Assembly: GCA_000934665.2 (NCBI GenBank)
Contig: KZ539052.1
Span: 1 to 35,678, forward strand
Source of the DNA: Catajapyx aquilonaris
Taxonomy: Eukaryota
DNA: 35,678 nt
Reading direction: 5' to 3'
The notes beneath the pieces are model-generated. The model saw only the letters and a list, made by a program, of their open reading frames with translations. It had not been told where the DNA came from and did not search any database. This document shows, piece by piece, positions 35,105-35,678 of the stretch. The position numbers and the translations under genes were made by a program. Each line of letters starts with the position of its first letter. Position 1 is the stretch's first letter.

Positions 35105-35443
35105 CAGGACCTAATTTAAGCGTGTAATCTGCACACTTCTTAATTCGGACTGAACAAAATGCCATAAAAAATTGTGTTCCAAAACCTTCCCATGCTCGAA
35201 AATTTGGAAAGTGCTGAAAAATGAGCCCTATTTTGGGGAATTTGCATAATTCGGACTGCACACTTCTTAATTCGGACTGCACAAAGTGTGCAGTCCGAAT
35301 TTTGCAAATTCTCCACAATAGGGCTCATTTTTCATCCATTTCCATATTTTCGAGCATGGGATGGTTTTGGAACACAATTTTTTTAAAATGACTTATACAT
35401 AGGGCTAATGTGCAGTCCGAACAAATCCTTATATTAGGTCCTA
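35105..35443. mobile_element. hAT-type palindromic MITE, 339 bp, 8-bp TSD
   Basis: Termini CAGGACCTAATTTAAG / CTTATATTAGGTCCTA; TSD CCTCAGCC at 35097-35104 and 35444-35451; ~100-bp internal arms (35166-35266 / 35284-35384); five TTCGGACTG(C/A)ACA repeats. Confidence 0.9.
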
Positions 35444-35678
35444 CCTCAGCCTCAGCGTATTTTACAACATATTGAGCTGGTGGTAGATGAATATGAAAAG
35501 TGACGTGAACAATCTCCTTTTACGTAACACCGCTAGTAATCCAATTCCGAAAGTGACGGTTGGTCCCACTGCAGCCACCGGAGCCTATTTGCTTTGTCTT
35601 GTTATTTCAGAGAACCTCTCAATTATAGAAACTAGACCGATTCGCGAAATTCAGGGTGTTGGAGAGTGTTGGGGGGGG

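Noticed and set aside
35131..35420. CRISPR-like short repeats (TTCGGACTGCACA)
   Set aside because: Irregular spacing, both orientations, inside a TSD-flanked hAT MITE in eukaryotic DNA, and no cas genes.

Overview
Eukaryotic non-coding DNA, probably intergenic or from a large intron of an invertebrate. An arthropod is suggested by (TTAGG)n tracts inside transposons and an insect-type SINE, but this is inference. I found no credible host protein-coding gene, rRNA, intact tRNA or CRISPR array; the ORF track is explained by chance ORFs, palindromic MITEs and microsatellites. The window is a mosaic of three things. (i) Many non-autonomous DNA transposons, often nested: TA-flanked Tc1/mariner/pogo-type MITEs, TTAA-flanked Kolobok-type elements, 8-bp-TSD hAT/P-type MITEs, a 3-bp-TSD GGGG-ended MITE, an Academ-like modular element and a Helentron/DINE-like element. 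(ii) Four tRNA-headed SINE copies from three families, two decayed transposase relics and microsatellites. (iii) TE-free GC-rich islands with TAAT clusters and G/C runs that look like cis-regulatory DNA. The most unusual signals are an excess of chained TA-nnn-TA excision-footprint words, two abutting near-perfect hairpins sharing a CAATWATTG centre, a transposon arm built from re-iterated terminal modules, an inverted loop between two MITE copies, and two unrelated SINE families sharing the same 3' end. All alignments were done by eye, and superfamily names are inferred from TIR/TSD signatures, not database searches. I cannot claim a new protein-based system here.
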